A stretch of DNA of 63,622 bases, filler included, from Pelomyxa schiedti (GCA_020536535.1; 14 parts of 14 records of this genome joined end to end with filler, not necessarily neighbours in it), one strand, 5' to 3'. Counted from the first letter of the whole stretch, positions 1 to 11,180 are shown. Numbers and translations: made by a program. Notes: generated by a model from the sequence alone, not told the origin.

Positions 1-80
1 CCATGTCTTATTTACATAAAAATAACGTTCTATTCAGTAATTCTCCCCTCACCGTACAATCATTACCAACTTCACCAAAG

Positions 81-1099
81 GAGATTTAAAGTGTTCAAAC
101 CTCCTTCTCATCTCAACAGCCGTGGATGCCCCTGTGAATTGCAAATTAACCGGTACATAACTAAATATCAATTTCTCTCAATAACTTTGTCAAAGATTTT
201 GGCACGGCAAGAAATGTTGAGAACCTTGCTCTGGTCAAGAATTACACCTGCGGTCTCGGAACACCTGTTTACATGGTTAATATTACTATTGCTTTCCCCT
301 CAAACTTAAACTTTGGCAGGCCCCAGAGGTTCTATCAACGAAGCCCTACAACTTCAAGGTCCGTCCTCAAGTGGTTTCCTCGCAACTGTCCTAACACTAA
401 CAATCAGGTTGATATATACAGTTTCGGCATGTGCCTGTGGGAGCTGTGGATGCGTGATGAGCTCTGGGCCGAAGTACCATGCTGGGATATCCCAAGAAAG
501 GTATTTTCCGCCATTATCAAGTGACATCAATACACCTCCTCACCACACCCGGTGCACCCCATCAATAATTCCTAATTGCACCCATTCATCCCGAACACAT
601 AATACCAAAGATACACCAGCCACGCACACATTTCCGGAAATAGACCGACCAACCTCACTCCAAATAGGTAGCCGGGGGAGCCAGGCCCGACTTTGACGAG
701 GAATGCCCGAAGCAGTACACCCAGCTGGCGCAGAGGTGCTGGGCCCAGAACGCCGAGGAGCGGCCGGAGTTCCCCGACATCGCGACGACCCTCGCCCAGA
801 TACTCGAGGAGGCCCGGCCCGACCTGCTCGCCCACACGCAGCAGCCCGCCGCGGCGGACGACGCCGAGGGAGGGGTGTCTATGGCGGCGGCCACCGGGAG
901 CAGCAAGACCGTGTCGAGGCCGAGGACCAGGAGGACAAAGGACTTCAGGAGGGAGACGGCCATGCTGTCGATGACTGGGGAGAGCAACGCGGGCGGGGGG
1001 GCGGACGCCGCCGACGCAACGGGGTTCAAGCAGGTCGCAGGGAAGGACCAGCAGAGGCTCAATGCTGCAAGAGGCGCAAAGGACAAGGACAAGGAATGA
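81..1099 (+). CDS. Tyrosine-kinase-like (TKL) protein kinase, 3' part (5' end outside the window)
   Basis: Manual splicing of GT-AG exons 81-152, 196-275, 320-358, 408-500 and 668-1099 gives RDLKCSNLL...KLTDFGTARN...[32 protein letters not shown]...RCWAQNAEERPEF (kinase subdomains VIb-XI). Confidence 0.92.
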
Positions 1100-1420
1100 C
1101 AACAGTCAATCATCCATATTTAGATCGTATGGCAGGCACACAGCGGAATGTAAAAAAAAAAAAACCAAACCTTCTCTATTACGTACCACACAGAAACAGC
1201 TTCTCGTTTGGCCTTGTGTAAACAGGTCTTTGTAATACAAAGATTCAGTGCCCCAGGTGATTCCTGGCAATACTCGAAGATGTCTCCTCTGCCGGGATAG
1301 CGGGACTGAGCGGTGCGAAGAATAAAACGAATTTATTCTTGCTTATTGAGGCAAGAAGGAGGGCAAACGGGTGAAACATGACTAAGGGTTAAAAAACCAT
1401 CTTAGTCTTTGTCTGACGCG

Positions 1421-2962
1421 ATGATCCGCACGGAACCAGGCGTTGTTGGGACTCGTGAGTACGGGAGCACAAACAAAAGCGACGACGGAGGGGGAGGAGG
1501 AGGCGGGACGGCAGCCGGCCGAGCGGACGACGGGACGACGACGATGTGGGTGTCTGTTGTGGAGGGCGTGTTCAGCAGCGCGGCGCTGAGCTTCGGCGAC
1601 GCCTTCTACGCGCCCTTCGCCATCTCGCGGGGCGCCGGCGACGCCGTGCTCGGGGCGCTCGTGTGGGCCCCGTCGCTGGCCGGCGCCGCGGCGCAGGTCG
1701 CGTCGGCCGCCGCGTCCACGCGGCTCAGGGTGTCTCGCAGGCGCGTGGCAATTGTGGGATCCCTGGTCCAGTCCCTGCTCTATGGGTTGATGGCTCAGAT
1801 TGCAAGGCTCCCTGTTGGTTCTGATGGTTCTGGTGACTCTGATTCTTATGGTTCTGCTGCTGCTGCTGAATCCTTGTTGATGCCTGGAACCACCCATGGG
1901 GGGAACAATGGAATCAGTGATAGAATGGCTGGTGGATCCTCAGAAGCATCAACATCGGTTGTGTGGATGGCTGTGTGTGCGGCTCTGTGCGTGGCTGTTG
2001 GGGGTGCTATTGCTCCGGCGTGGCTGAGCTGGATGGGGCAGGTGGTGCCGAGGGGAGTGAGCGGGAGGTACTTTGGCAGGAGGGCTGTGGTGTGCGGCCT
2101 CGGGGGCGTGGCAAGCGCCGCCGTTGGGAGCTGGGCTGTGGGCGCGTGGCCTGGAGGGAGTGCCTACCCGCTGCTGTTCTCTTGCGCGTGTGCTTCTAGG
2201 CTGTGCTCCTGTGCTCTGTTTGTGATGTCTCCTGAACCGGCGACTACTGTGGCTGTTGGGGGAAATAGTACCACAGCCGAGCCTACCGGAAATGCGGCCA
2301 TACAAAGTGCTGAGGAAGGGAAGAGACACAGGAGGAGGTCCTTCGTGATTGTTCTGGCAACGTTTACTTTGTCTAATGTGATCGCCGGTACCTGCACACC
2401 TTTCTACGTGAAACATGCTACCACGGTTCTCTCTGCTTCCACTTATGTTGGTTCACCTCTGCCGTCATCTACATACTCTGGGCTTGCTGCCTCAACTTGG
2501 GCGGCATCCACAGTGGTAGCAACTGTATCAAAGCTAGCAGCTACACAAATATGGGGGAGGATTGGTGACTCTCTTGGCCACATCCCTGCTTTCCTGGCAT
2601 CACTTGTGCTTGGCGGGGCTGCCTCGTTCGTTTGGGCATGTTGCGTTGGGAAACTCACACTGTTCCTGGCCCAGTGTGTGAGTGGAACATTTGCAGCTGG
2701 GCAGGACCTTCTGTCATTCACTGCTGTACTGGCTGCAACTGAGGGGAGTGGTATTGATCGGCAAGTAAGTGGGGCACTGTTCAATGCAGCACAGGGTGTA
2801 GCCACTGCCCTGGGGTCTGTTATTTCTGCGTACAATCTGTCACAAGGATACTGCAGTTACACCTCATTGTTTGCAACAGGGGCCATATTGAGACTACTGA
2901 TCACCACAACTGGTGTCCTGTGTTTACATTTCACAAACAGGCATAGTTGTGACTCACACTAA
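1421..2962 (+). CDS. Major facilitator superfamily transporter, intronless
   Basis: ~514-aa ORF with many hydrophobic segments and MFS loop motifs WLSWMGQVVPRGVSGRYFGRR and WGRIGDSLGH. First ATG is at 1421. Confidence 0.85.
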   Translation: MIRTEPGVVGTREYGSTNKSDDGGGGGGGTAAGRADDGTTTMWVSVVEGVFSSAALSFGDAFYAPFAISRGAGDAVLGALVWAPSLAGAAAQVASAAASTRLRVSRRRVAIVGSLVQSLLYGLMAQIARLPVGSDGSGDSDSYGSAAAAESLLMPGTTHGGNNGISDRMAGGSSEASTSVVWMAVCAALCVAVGGAIAPAWLSWMGQVVPRGVSGRYFGRRAVVCGLGGVASAAVGSWAVGAWPGGSAYPLLFSCACASRLCSCALFVMSPEPATTVAVGGNSTTAEPTGNAAIQSAEEGKRHRRRSFVIVLATFTLSNVIAGTCTPFYVKHATTVLSASTYVGSPLPSSTYSGLAASTWAASTVVATVSKLAATQIWGRIGDSLGHIPAFLASLVLGGAASFVWACCVGKLTLFLAQCVSGTFAAGQDLLSFTAVLAATEGSGIDRQVSGALFNAAQGVATALGSVISAYNLSQGYCSYTSLFATGAILRLLITTTGVLCLHFTNRHSCDSH

Positions 2963-3096
2963 AAAGAGATCGAGCGACGCTTAGAATAGCAGTTCTAAAT
3001 CTAATGCCAAGTTGCGGAAAGCTAAACGGCGTTGCCAGCATTGCCCTTGCGTGCCACGCGTTTAAACGCACTTGATCTTTGTAACCAAAGGGAGGA

Positions 3097-3166
3097 AAAA
3101 TAATTTGTTTTGTCGATCGTAGTAGTTAACTATTTTACTACTATGATCAACAAAACAAATTATTTT
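3097..3166. repeat. Inverted repeat/hairpin: 29-bp arms, 2 mismatches, 12-nt spacer
   Basis: AAAATAATTTGTTTTGTCGATCGTAGTAG (3097-3125) versus CTACTATGATCAACAAAACAAATTATTTT (3138-3166). Confidence 0.85.
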
Positions 3167-3608
3167 CCTTCTCCTTCTTCTTCTGGTTACACAGATCTAA
3201 TGTAAAGGTATGTAGGTCAACATGGATTGGCGAACCTTCAAGGTCTCAATTGAAAATAGTGCTTGTAATGTAATGTTCGGTCCTCTGTTCACTGATCACA
3301 CTAACCAACAAGGAGCCAAGACTTCCGAAAAAGCTTGCAGCCTTTGCACGATTTCCATTGCCGACAATTCGTTGATTCTAAATTATGGGTCTGTGTAGAG
3401 CTTTGAGCTTCCCCCAATTCAGTTGCTATGGTGCCGGACATTTGGGTATTGTGTTGTTTTGTTTGTTGGATTGTAAGTGTGATGTGCAAAGTTCAACTTC
3501 TGTGGAATGTTGGGAGTTCAATTTAGACCCCCAGTGGGTGTAGATACTTGAGAAGGACTGACTTGGTGGTTATTTTTGTTGTTGGGGAGGTGCTTTTTAT
3601 TGCCGTAC

Positions 3609-3708
3609 NNNNNNNNNNNNNNNNNNNNNNNNNNNNNNNNNNNNNNNNNNNNTTAATTAATTAANNNNNNNNNNNNNNNNNNNNNNNNNNNNNNNNNNNN
3701 NNNNNNNN
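3609..3708. other. Artificial 100-nt contig-joining spacer (N44-TTAATTAATTAA-N44), first of 13
   Basis: The same spacer starts at 3609, 20021, 34918, 36254, 41632, 47423, 51946, 53576, 55905, 57677, 58890, 60452 and 62016. A plain N100 gap lies at 18459-18558. TTAATTAATTAA has stops in all six frames. Confidence 0.97.
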
Positions 3709-4063
3709 ATCACAAATAAACCTCATAGAGATCAATAGAAAGTAAAAGCAAATCACAACCTTACATCCATTTGTTGTTAACTGCTCTAAAGTCCCACCAG
3801 ATGTGAAGTTGTGCCCATGGAGAGAGGGCGCCAGGAAACAAAGCTCAGCAGCACATTTTTCCTTCTGTACTGCATCAGCCAACTTCATTGTGTGACATTC
3901 CTCCAAAGTAAACACACATTGGCCCAAGAAGGCATCCAAAGACGCCAGGCCTTCAGAGTAACCCTGCTGGATACAAAGTCAGACTGCATTACAAAAGGGC
4001 AGGTTTGAGACCTTTCCGTAAACCATTGAGTTATAGTTCCAAAGGATATTCTTTTCCCAATCT

Positions 4064-5201
4064 TCATTTGCTTTTGCCTTGTGAACGAGTTAAACAAGGC
4101 TTTACAGAGAAAGCTACCCTCTTCACTTCGGCAATGAGTGGTAAAATTTTGGCATGATCAGTAATTACACCATCCATCACAGCATAGCCAACTATACCAA
4201 GCTGATATTGTGTGGGTAAGCCAGTGACATCAGTGCGCAGATCACCATCAAGTAATCCCGCAGTAATTGCTTCAGAAAGCTTCATAACATCACTTGATTC
4301 CTGATCCCGTCCAGCCTGCCTGAGCATCTTCCGGGAGATAGTTTGTTTGAAGTGAGCGATGTTATAGTCATCTGTCTCATTGTGGTTTGGTTTCAAAGCA
4401 GTAGAAGGTAAAGCTCGCACAACCACAAATTCTGGAATTGTTCTAAGATGAGTAAGATGACATGCAAAACCACAGATAAAGAAAAACCGCAGTGGATCTG
4501 TTTCTGCATGTAGCTTGGGTTTTTTATCTTCCTCTTCAATCTGGGCTTGAAACGATGCCAGAACTAATGTTTTCCGACTTTCAACAGCTGGAGGAGGCTG
4601 TGTCAAGAGGTGTAGAGATGCGGCACTTGAAGCAGGAAAAGGTTGTGAAAGAGATGAACTTGAGGTCGTAGAGGACCATTGCCCATTCTGGTGCAAATTC
4701 ATCTCAGCAAGTGATTGTTCCTCAATAGAGAGGTACTCTGGGTGAGTGAGTCTGAGATTTGCTTATGAAAAGTGAGAAACACCATAAATCTTTGATTTAA
4801 CCACCCATTCTTCATTTTGTTTCTGACCGGCGCCGGTCAGCACCACCACAGCGGTCATGGGGGTTGTTTTGCAAAAGTGGGTATCACTTCCACTATTGGT
4901 TCTCTGACCGGCGCCGGTCAAACACTTTGTTGTTTTCGCCACATTTTTCCATTTTTAATGAGCAAAACACAAACAACACACCTCCTGCATGGCACCGCGA
5001 TACACCGTCATAGACTCCATCGATGTCTTGTGCTCTGAGAGTGATTGGATCTGTTCCGTGAACTGTCGCCTTCCACCTCTCCAACGCCAGCCGCTGGAGA
5101 CAAGCACTGCCCGCACGCAACTTGACCCAAATTTCAGAATCACTCTGCCATCCGAACTTCCGAATGTCTTCCTCTCTGTCTGTTATTCGCCCCGCATCCA
5201 A
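4064..5201 (-). CDS. Spliced hypothetical protein inside the dispersed duplication (copy 1)
   Basis: ORF 5201-4982 (DAGRITDREEDIRKFGWQSDSEIW...HAG) joins ORF 4761-4064 in frame through a GT-AG intron at 4981-4762 (HAG|ANLRLTHPEYLSIEEQSLAEMNLHQ). No recognisable domain; 5' end unresolved. Confidence 0.45.
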
Positions 5202-5537
5202 GTCCCGATCGTAATTTCTGAAAACTGGGGTTTTGATGGGGTGTCAGTGTATTTGGGGGTGGTCATTTTACCAATGAGGCACCCCGCTTTGTGGTTTTCC
5301 CACCCTTGGTGCGCGTGTGTGCGGCGATTGTTTTGGAGTTTGGTGGCAAGTTTTTCTTCGAGGGAGGCACACCTTGGGCCATTTCTAAGAGTCGAATTCT
5401 TGCCATGAACACCGATGAGCCGATGCTGTGTAGCTCTGCTGGTGTTGGGTCATGAAAATATCGACTAGCAGTTGCCCTCATCACCTCGGTCTGCTGATTC
5501 TCCACCTTGGTTTTCAGGGTCTCCTTCACTCCTTGCA
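4321..5537. repeat. Dispersed ~1.2-kb duplication, copy 1 (copy 2 at 18790-20020)
   Basis: Co-linear, same orientation, roughly 90-95% identical by eye, from TGAGCATCTTCCGGGAGATAG to ...CACTCCTTGCA. Confidence 0.95.
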
Positions 5538-5889
5538 CTGCATTTTGCGTTGCCACTTTTCTGTGCAGCAATTAGCTTCGTACTTACCCCAAAGATACAT
5601 ACAGGTTTATTTTCTCCTTCTCAGTCCTTTTGCTCTTCTCCCTCTTGTGTTTGCTTGAAATTTCACTATCCAACGACAACCTAGCTTTGATTGGTTTCAT
5701 TTTGTTTTTGTGTTTTGCGTTGTGTTACTTTTCTTGTTTATATGCACGGTTTTCTAGTTTTATTTGATATTGATAAAGTGTATCTGAATTGCGTGTGGCT
5801 TTGGCATTTTCCCTGCTTTTATTATTATTATTCTGTGAATGTAATTGACTGCCTACTCACTTTCTTTACACTAAAACTAACCAGAAACA

Positions 5890-7950
5890 AAACTTGCTCC
5901 GGGTGTGCCCTGAAGTTATGGCAACCAGTGGGTCACCACTGACACTGTTCTCACAATTGTGTGATCACATTCAGTTTGGTGGAAATACAGCAGGCAAGGG
6001 AGAAGCTTCATTCAAAACGCAAGTTGGAGCAAGATATGTACTTGGTCAACAAGTTGCAGGGGTTTGCTTTACATGTTACAAGTTTAAAGGTTTCCTTGTT
6101 TTTTTTTCTTCTCGTTTATTTGTTGTTTTTTCTTCTTCTCGGTTATTATGGTAGAACCTCTCATTTTTTTCTAGTCTTGCTTAAATGAAGTCTTAGGAAA
6201 GACAGTGTGTAGAGCCGCATTTGATTGGGCATGAGCGCCTTAGTAACTTACATTTATTTATCACTGGGGCTAGGTCTTTTACTACATTATAATCACTACC
6301 CTATAAACTGACACACCAATAGAGATGCCACTGACTATCGCTGCTACAGTCACTCCTGTGAATCTGACAAGCAGAAGACTGTTGTTGAGTGGATTACCTC
6401 CCGTGTCATTGAGTCCCATTTGTGTGAGCCCATGGTTGGGAAGAAAGGTATTGATCGTGATGGTAATCAGAGGGTTATACTGCCGGCATCTGAGACACTT
6501 ATTGATCTATTTTCAAGACTTGTGGATGACCTCCTTGATGAGAAAATGCCAGCAGAGAGAGTACGATTTAATTGCTCCTATTTTCTCTAAGATGCCATCA
6601 GATTCCCAGCCTTCGGACTTTCTATAGAGTTCTACAGAAGCAGTTTCCTTTCATTATTCATGAGCGAATTACCACCCAGACTCAGTGCTTGATCTGTGAT
6701 CAGCTGTGACGCTCAAAGGCAGATGCACTGCGTGAGACTGATTCTGAGCAACTTGCTTCAGTACAAAAGGCTATTGATGAGCACACTAAGCTTCACCTGG
6801 ATGAACGGCACCATCAGAGCCGGCAGTATGCTGAGTCTCATAACTTTCCAACAGAGTTGGGTGCTGTGTGTATGGCTGCCAAGCAGCATCTTATGCTTCC
6901 TCACTTTCGTGGAGGAACTACAGTATCACAAGGGTGCCCCAAATATTCTTTGCATATTATGGGTATCCAGGATTGCTGTACTGTGGAATGCTGGTTGCAA
7001 AACGCTGGGTGCAGTCTGTTGAAATTGGCTTTTTGCTTCCAGGACATGGGCATGGCCTGCAAGATCAGCTGTTCAGCTCTCTGCATGTTCCACTCCACAC
7101 ACAAGATGCCCTTACAGTGCCTGCATTTCTGAAACTTTGCGAGTATGCTTATCAGCACAAGCCAATCACTCTGTTTGTGCTGGATGTTGTCTGGGACTGG
7201 CATGGTTACTTCTCTCCCTTCTTACAGGGGTCTCAATGGCAATGCCTTGAGGACTGCTTTGGATTTTTGATCTCCATTGGAGTTCCCTCAGGTTCCACCC
7301 ACGAATCTGTAGTGGTGCAGTCAAGAAGATTTAACTCACGAGAACAATGGTCAGAATACGGCGCTGATTTGTTTCCTCAGGGAATTCCAACAGGGGTGCC
7401 CAACACTGTGCCTGCTGATTTTTTGGTTTTCAAGTCCACTGAAATTGGATCCAAAGCACTTCCTCCTTCATTCCCTGCATTTGGTTCAGGCTCTTCAATA
7501 GTGTGTATTTCTGCTTTATACTGTTCTGCCTCTTCATTATTACAATCCTAAACCTAAGTTAATAACCACAACACATGGAGTCATTGTTCTGTGTAATGAG
7601 TTACTTTTTCCTTACTATCATTTAGTGGGGTGTAGAGAACTTCTGGAGCACAACTGGCTTTATTCTGGCAAATGAAAGGGTGACTGTACCACCATTGACT
7701 CCCCATGCCTCAGCATTTCTTCAAAATATCCACCAAGTGCAAACATGAAGACTGTGTTCCTTTGCCAAGCATGATGTGGTTGTACTTTTTGATGGAGGTA
7801 TAGCTGAAGTACATAGAGTAAAGAGCCACGAGAATCATACATACCTACTTGTGAAGTTCTGGATTTCAGCTGCATCACAAGGTTGGTTCTTTTCCAAAAA
7901 TCCTTCTGTTGTTGTGTTGCTGGAAACACTTGTTTTAAGGCCCAGGTGAA
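5890..7950 (+). mobile_element. Decayed Sola/DUF7869-like DNA transposase (stops, frameshifts, internal deletion)
   Basis: Ordered motifs across frames: CSHNCVITFSLVEIQQAREKLHSKRKLEQDMYL; KTVCRAAFDWA*; W..EPM..ILP; FPFIIHERITTQTQCLICDQL*; HTKLHLDERH; LMLPHF; LHIMG; EIGFLLPGHGHGLQDQLFS. The order matches my recall of Sola-type transposases (VCxxxF, CxxC, H, ER, PHF, FLxxGHxxxxxDxxF). Confidence 0.68.
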
Positions 7951-8900
7951 ACCTCTTTTTCTTGTTCTTATCCTCTTGTCTATTATAATGTTGCCACCAA
8001 GTAAGTTTTTTTCCCAGTCTATGTAACAGATCCTCAGACTTCATCACACTCAGCATCAGCTTGTTCTAACTATGACTAGATATGTCCTTTGGCATGGTGC
8101 CAAAACTGACACCTTCACACAAAGGCATACATTAAAACAAGTGCCACGTAACACTATTGCACGTTGCTGTTGCAACTTGCTGCCACCAGTACCACGCTAT
8201 GAAGAACACCAGTGGCCACCTTGCTTTTAACACAACTGTTTGTTTTGAACACCAAGGTTTTCCACAAAAAATGACACTCAACTGAACAAAAATAGCAAGG
8301 ATTTTTACACAATATCAACCACAGAGTGGCAATTTGACTGTAATTTGGTGCTTTTTGGGTGTTATTTCCTGGGTTCTGTAAACCTGATTCATTGGCAAAA
8401 GCCTGACTAGGTTGGCAGGAGCTTAATTGCAGAGAGACGAGAGCCACCCCACACAGCACCGTTGTTTGTTTACAGATGAGTGAATTGTCCAGAGCCTCCA
8501 ATTTTTGTTGTTGCTTGCTGTTGTGTTTGAAGGATGAACGACAACAACGCGATCGGATCTTCAGCAATGCTGATGATACGATAAAAACACCGGCACCCAT
8601 CGTCATTGTTGGTGCATCTAACATCCATGAGAATAAGAAATAAACAAAAACACCAGGTAATATGGATCTGCTGTAACAGGGCAACAATTGTTCGGTGGTT
8701 GCAAATGGAGCTCCTTAGGCTTTCTTTTTGCTGAGTCTTCTCAAGTCCATCAAACCACTAACTAGGTATCGAAGAGGCAACGTGCGCACGGGACCAATTC
8801 CCCTTTGTCGCGCATCACCGCGCAACCGCGGCACCACTCAGTCCCGGAACACGAGGCACAACCGCATCATCAAACTTTCAGGTCTTTTGGCGCTCGTTTG

Positions 8901-10031
8901 ATGGCGGACCCAAAAGCAGTTGAAACCAAGGACAACACGGACGCGCGCGGCCAGTTCATTGCCCTCGGCGTCGGTGTAATTGTGGGACGTTGCGGCCGCG
9001 ACATCGCCAGCGCTGTGTCGGCCCTCACGCCCCCTTTGTTGTCGTGTATCGGCCGAGAGTGGGTCGTGTTCCCTGCCAGGCTCGTCGTCGTGGAGATGGC
9101 GTATCAATCATTCCACAAAGCCAAGGAGTTTGTCAGGTTCAGCGTGTCACCGACTCTGGGCCTCGTGCGGCATCCCACAATGATCAATTTCGGAATCAAC
9201 AACAAAGTCACATACTGCTACGGGTGGGTGGGTCCCCAGTCATCAGGCGACAGGTTTGCCCTGACGATGGCCCAGGCTGCCGACGACTCCAGGGAAGCAC
9301 AGAAGTTGGTCGTGATCGACACCAGCGGGCGCAGTGAGGACCTGAGGCTGTGCAACTGGCTGAGCCTGTCTGGGCCCTGGTGCAACAACAGGAGGTGGAT
9401 TGCAGCCACAAAAAATATACCTCTGACATCGTCACTGACACTGTGGAACCTTGATGGAGTTGAGAGTGGCAGTGTCTCCAAAGTGGAGGACATTGATCTG
9501 CTGTGGAGGGTGTCCCGGGCCGCGTTTTGTGATGACAGTTCACTGGTTGTTTCACAGCCGGAGGGTGGAATCATGGTGATTGACCTCGAGGCCACATTTT
9601 CAGAGAGCAGGCTGGTTTGGACCCCGGTGCAAATCGCTGATTTTGATCGGATGTACCTCAACCACATTATCTGCTGGAATGGGGTGTTGTATGCCTTGTT
9701 GTATGGCACAGATGGGAGCACCTGGGTGCAATGCCTGACAACTGGTGGGCGCACGAAATTGAGTGGAGACTATACTGTGCCACTTGGTGGGCCCTATGTT
9801 GCCGTGTGTACCTCCAGAGAGGAGCGTGGGGTTGATGTATGCAGCATTGTAGAGCCTACCAAGGTGCGCGTACACCACAGGGCACAGAATGGAATCGAGA
9901 GGTTCGTGCTTGGGCGGGAGATGGTGTTCTGGGACAGTGCCCAAACCACCACCGAGGTGATTGATGCTGTGACTGGCTTTGTTGTCTTCAAAATGGCCGT
10001 CGCTTGGTGCTTTGTGGCAAGTGTTTCATGA
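8901..10031 (+). CDS. Orphan-superfamily protein (ARxQFxAL-RCG N-terminus, beta-rich C-terminus), intronless
   Basis: MADPK..DARGQFIALGVGVIVGRCGR..IGREWVV..., ending EVIDAVTGFVVFKM. Close paralogue at 13268-14413 with the same tttgATGGC start context. Confidence 0.85.
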   Translation: MADPKAVETKDNTDARGQFIALGVGVIVGRCGRDIASAVSALTPPLLSCIGREWVVFPARLVVVEMAYQSFHKAKEFVRFSVSPTLGLVRHPTMINFGINNKVTYCYGWVGPQSSGDRFALTMAQAADDSREAQKLVVIDTSGRSEDLRLCNWLSLSGPWCNNRRWIAATKNIPLTSSLTLWNLDGVESGSVSKVEDIDLLWRVSRAAFCDDSSLVVSQPEGGIMVIDLEATFSESRLVWTPVQIADFDRMYLNHIICWNGVLYALLYGTDGSTWVQCLTTGGRTKLSGDYTVPLGGPYVAVCTSREERGVDVCSIVEPTKVRVHHRAQNGIERFVLGREMVFWDSAQTTTEVIDAVTGFVVFKMAVAWCFVASVS

Positions 10032-10428
10032 AGCAAAGAGACGAGACATTCACAAACTGAATTTTCTTGGGCAAAATACAATTGTATTGTAAAAAAGCTA
10101 ACGCAGGAATTTCCGATAAACCACAGTTTTCAACTAACTCGTCGTGTCGCCGGCACACAATCAGGGGCGCGGTTCCCAGTGCCTCGTGTTGATTGGATCA
10201 TAGAACACAGGAACAGATTCAGGGTGTTGTGTTTCGACAAACAAAAAGGAAAGATTTTGGGGTACCAATCTTTTTTATTGGAATGAAGTTGGTGTGGTGG
10301 GAACTGGACTCTCCTCTGGAAGTGACAGACAGCTCTCCTCTCTGTTGGCGGAATTAGTCTACGTGTGTATGGACACAGCGATAGCGGAAAGTGGGAAAAA
10401 GCGCTGTTGTTGATGTGTGGCACAGCAC

Positions 10429-11180
10429 GCTCAGGCGGAGGACGGCACGGAATCGCGGAGAGACGAGAGCCACCCCACACAGCACCGTGCTTGTTGAAGG
10501 CACGGTGGCAACACCCACAACGCGAACCACGGCATCCACCACCCGAGGGGTGTGTGTGTGTTGGCCTGCTGTTGCTGCTGATGATATGGATTATTACGAT
10601 CTCAAGTGATGATTCTGGAAAACGGGTTAAGAATCACTTAAAATAAAAGATGTCACACCTGTTTGTTGTGCTCCTCATGTGACAGAGGTGCCTCTCATGG
10701 CAGAGGCGGGCACATCATTCCCGCTCAGGCGGAGGACGGCACGGAATCGCGGAGAGACGAGAGCCACCCCACACAGCACCGCACTTGTTGAAGGCACGGT
10801 GGACGGCAGTGGCAACACCCACAACGCGAACCACGGCATCCGCCCACCCGAGTGGGGTGTGTGTGTTGGCCTGTTGTTGCTGCTGCTGGCATGGATGATT
10901 ACGATCTCAAGTGATGCTGCTCGGCTCTGGAATAAACACGTTAAGACTGATTTAAAATAAAAGATGTCACACCTGGTTTGTTGTGCTGCTCATGTGACAG
11001 AGGTGACGTGTGGCACATCATTCCCGCTCAGGCGGAGGATGGCACGGAATCGCGGAGAGACGAGAGCCACCCCACACAGCACCGCGCTTGTTGAAGGCAC
11101 GGTGGACGGTGGTGGCAACACCCACAACGCGAACCACGGCATCCACCCCCCCGAGGGTGGGGTGTGTGTGTGTGTGTGTG
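10429..11180. repeat. Tandem repeat, ~300-bp unit (2.5 copies), with a dispersed partial copy at 8434-8640
   Basis: Units start with GCTCAGGCGGAGG at 10429, 10723 and 11026 (periods 294 and 303). The core GAGACGAGAGCCACCCCACACAGCACCG also occurs at 8434-8461. Confidence 0.92.

Noticed and set aside
572-1221. Several long overlapping ORFs on both strands
   Set aside because: Shadows of the GC-rich last kinase exon (668-1099).
3653-3664. TTAATTAATTAA palindrome repeated 13 times
   Set aside because: Always centred in N-runs of fixed length; an assembly linker, not a biological motif.
10429-11180. Possible CRISPR-like array or repeated small ORFs
   Set aside because: Units are ~300 bp and homologous throughout, with no unique spacers and no cas genes; ORFs shift frame between units.
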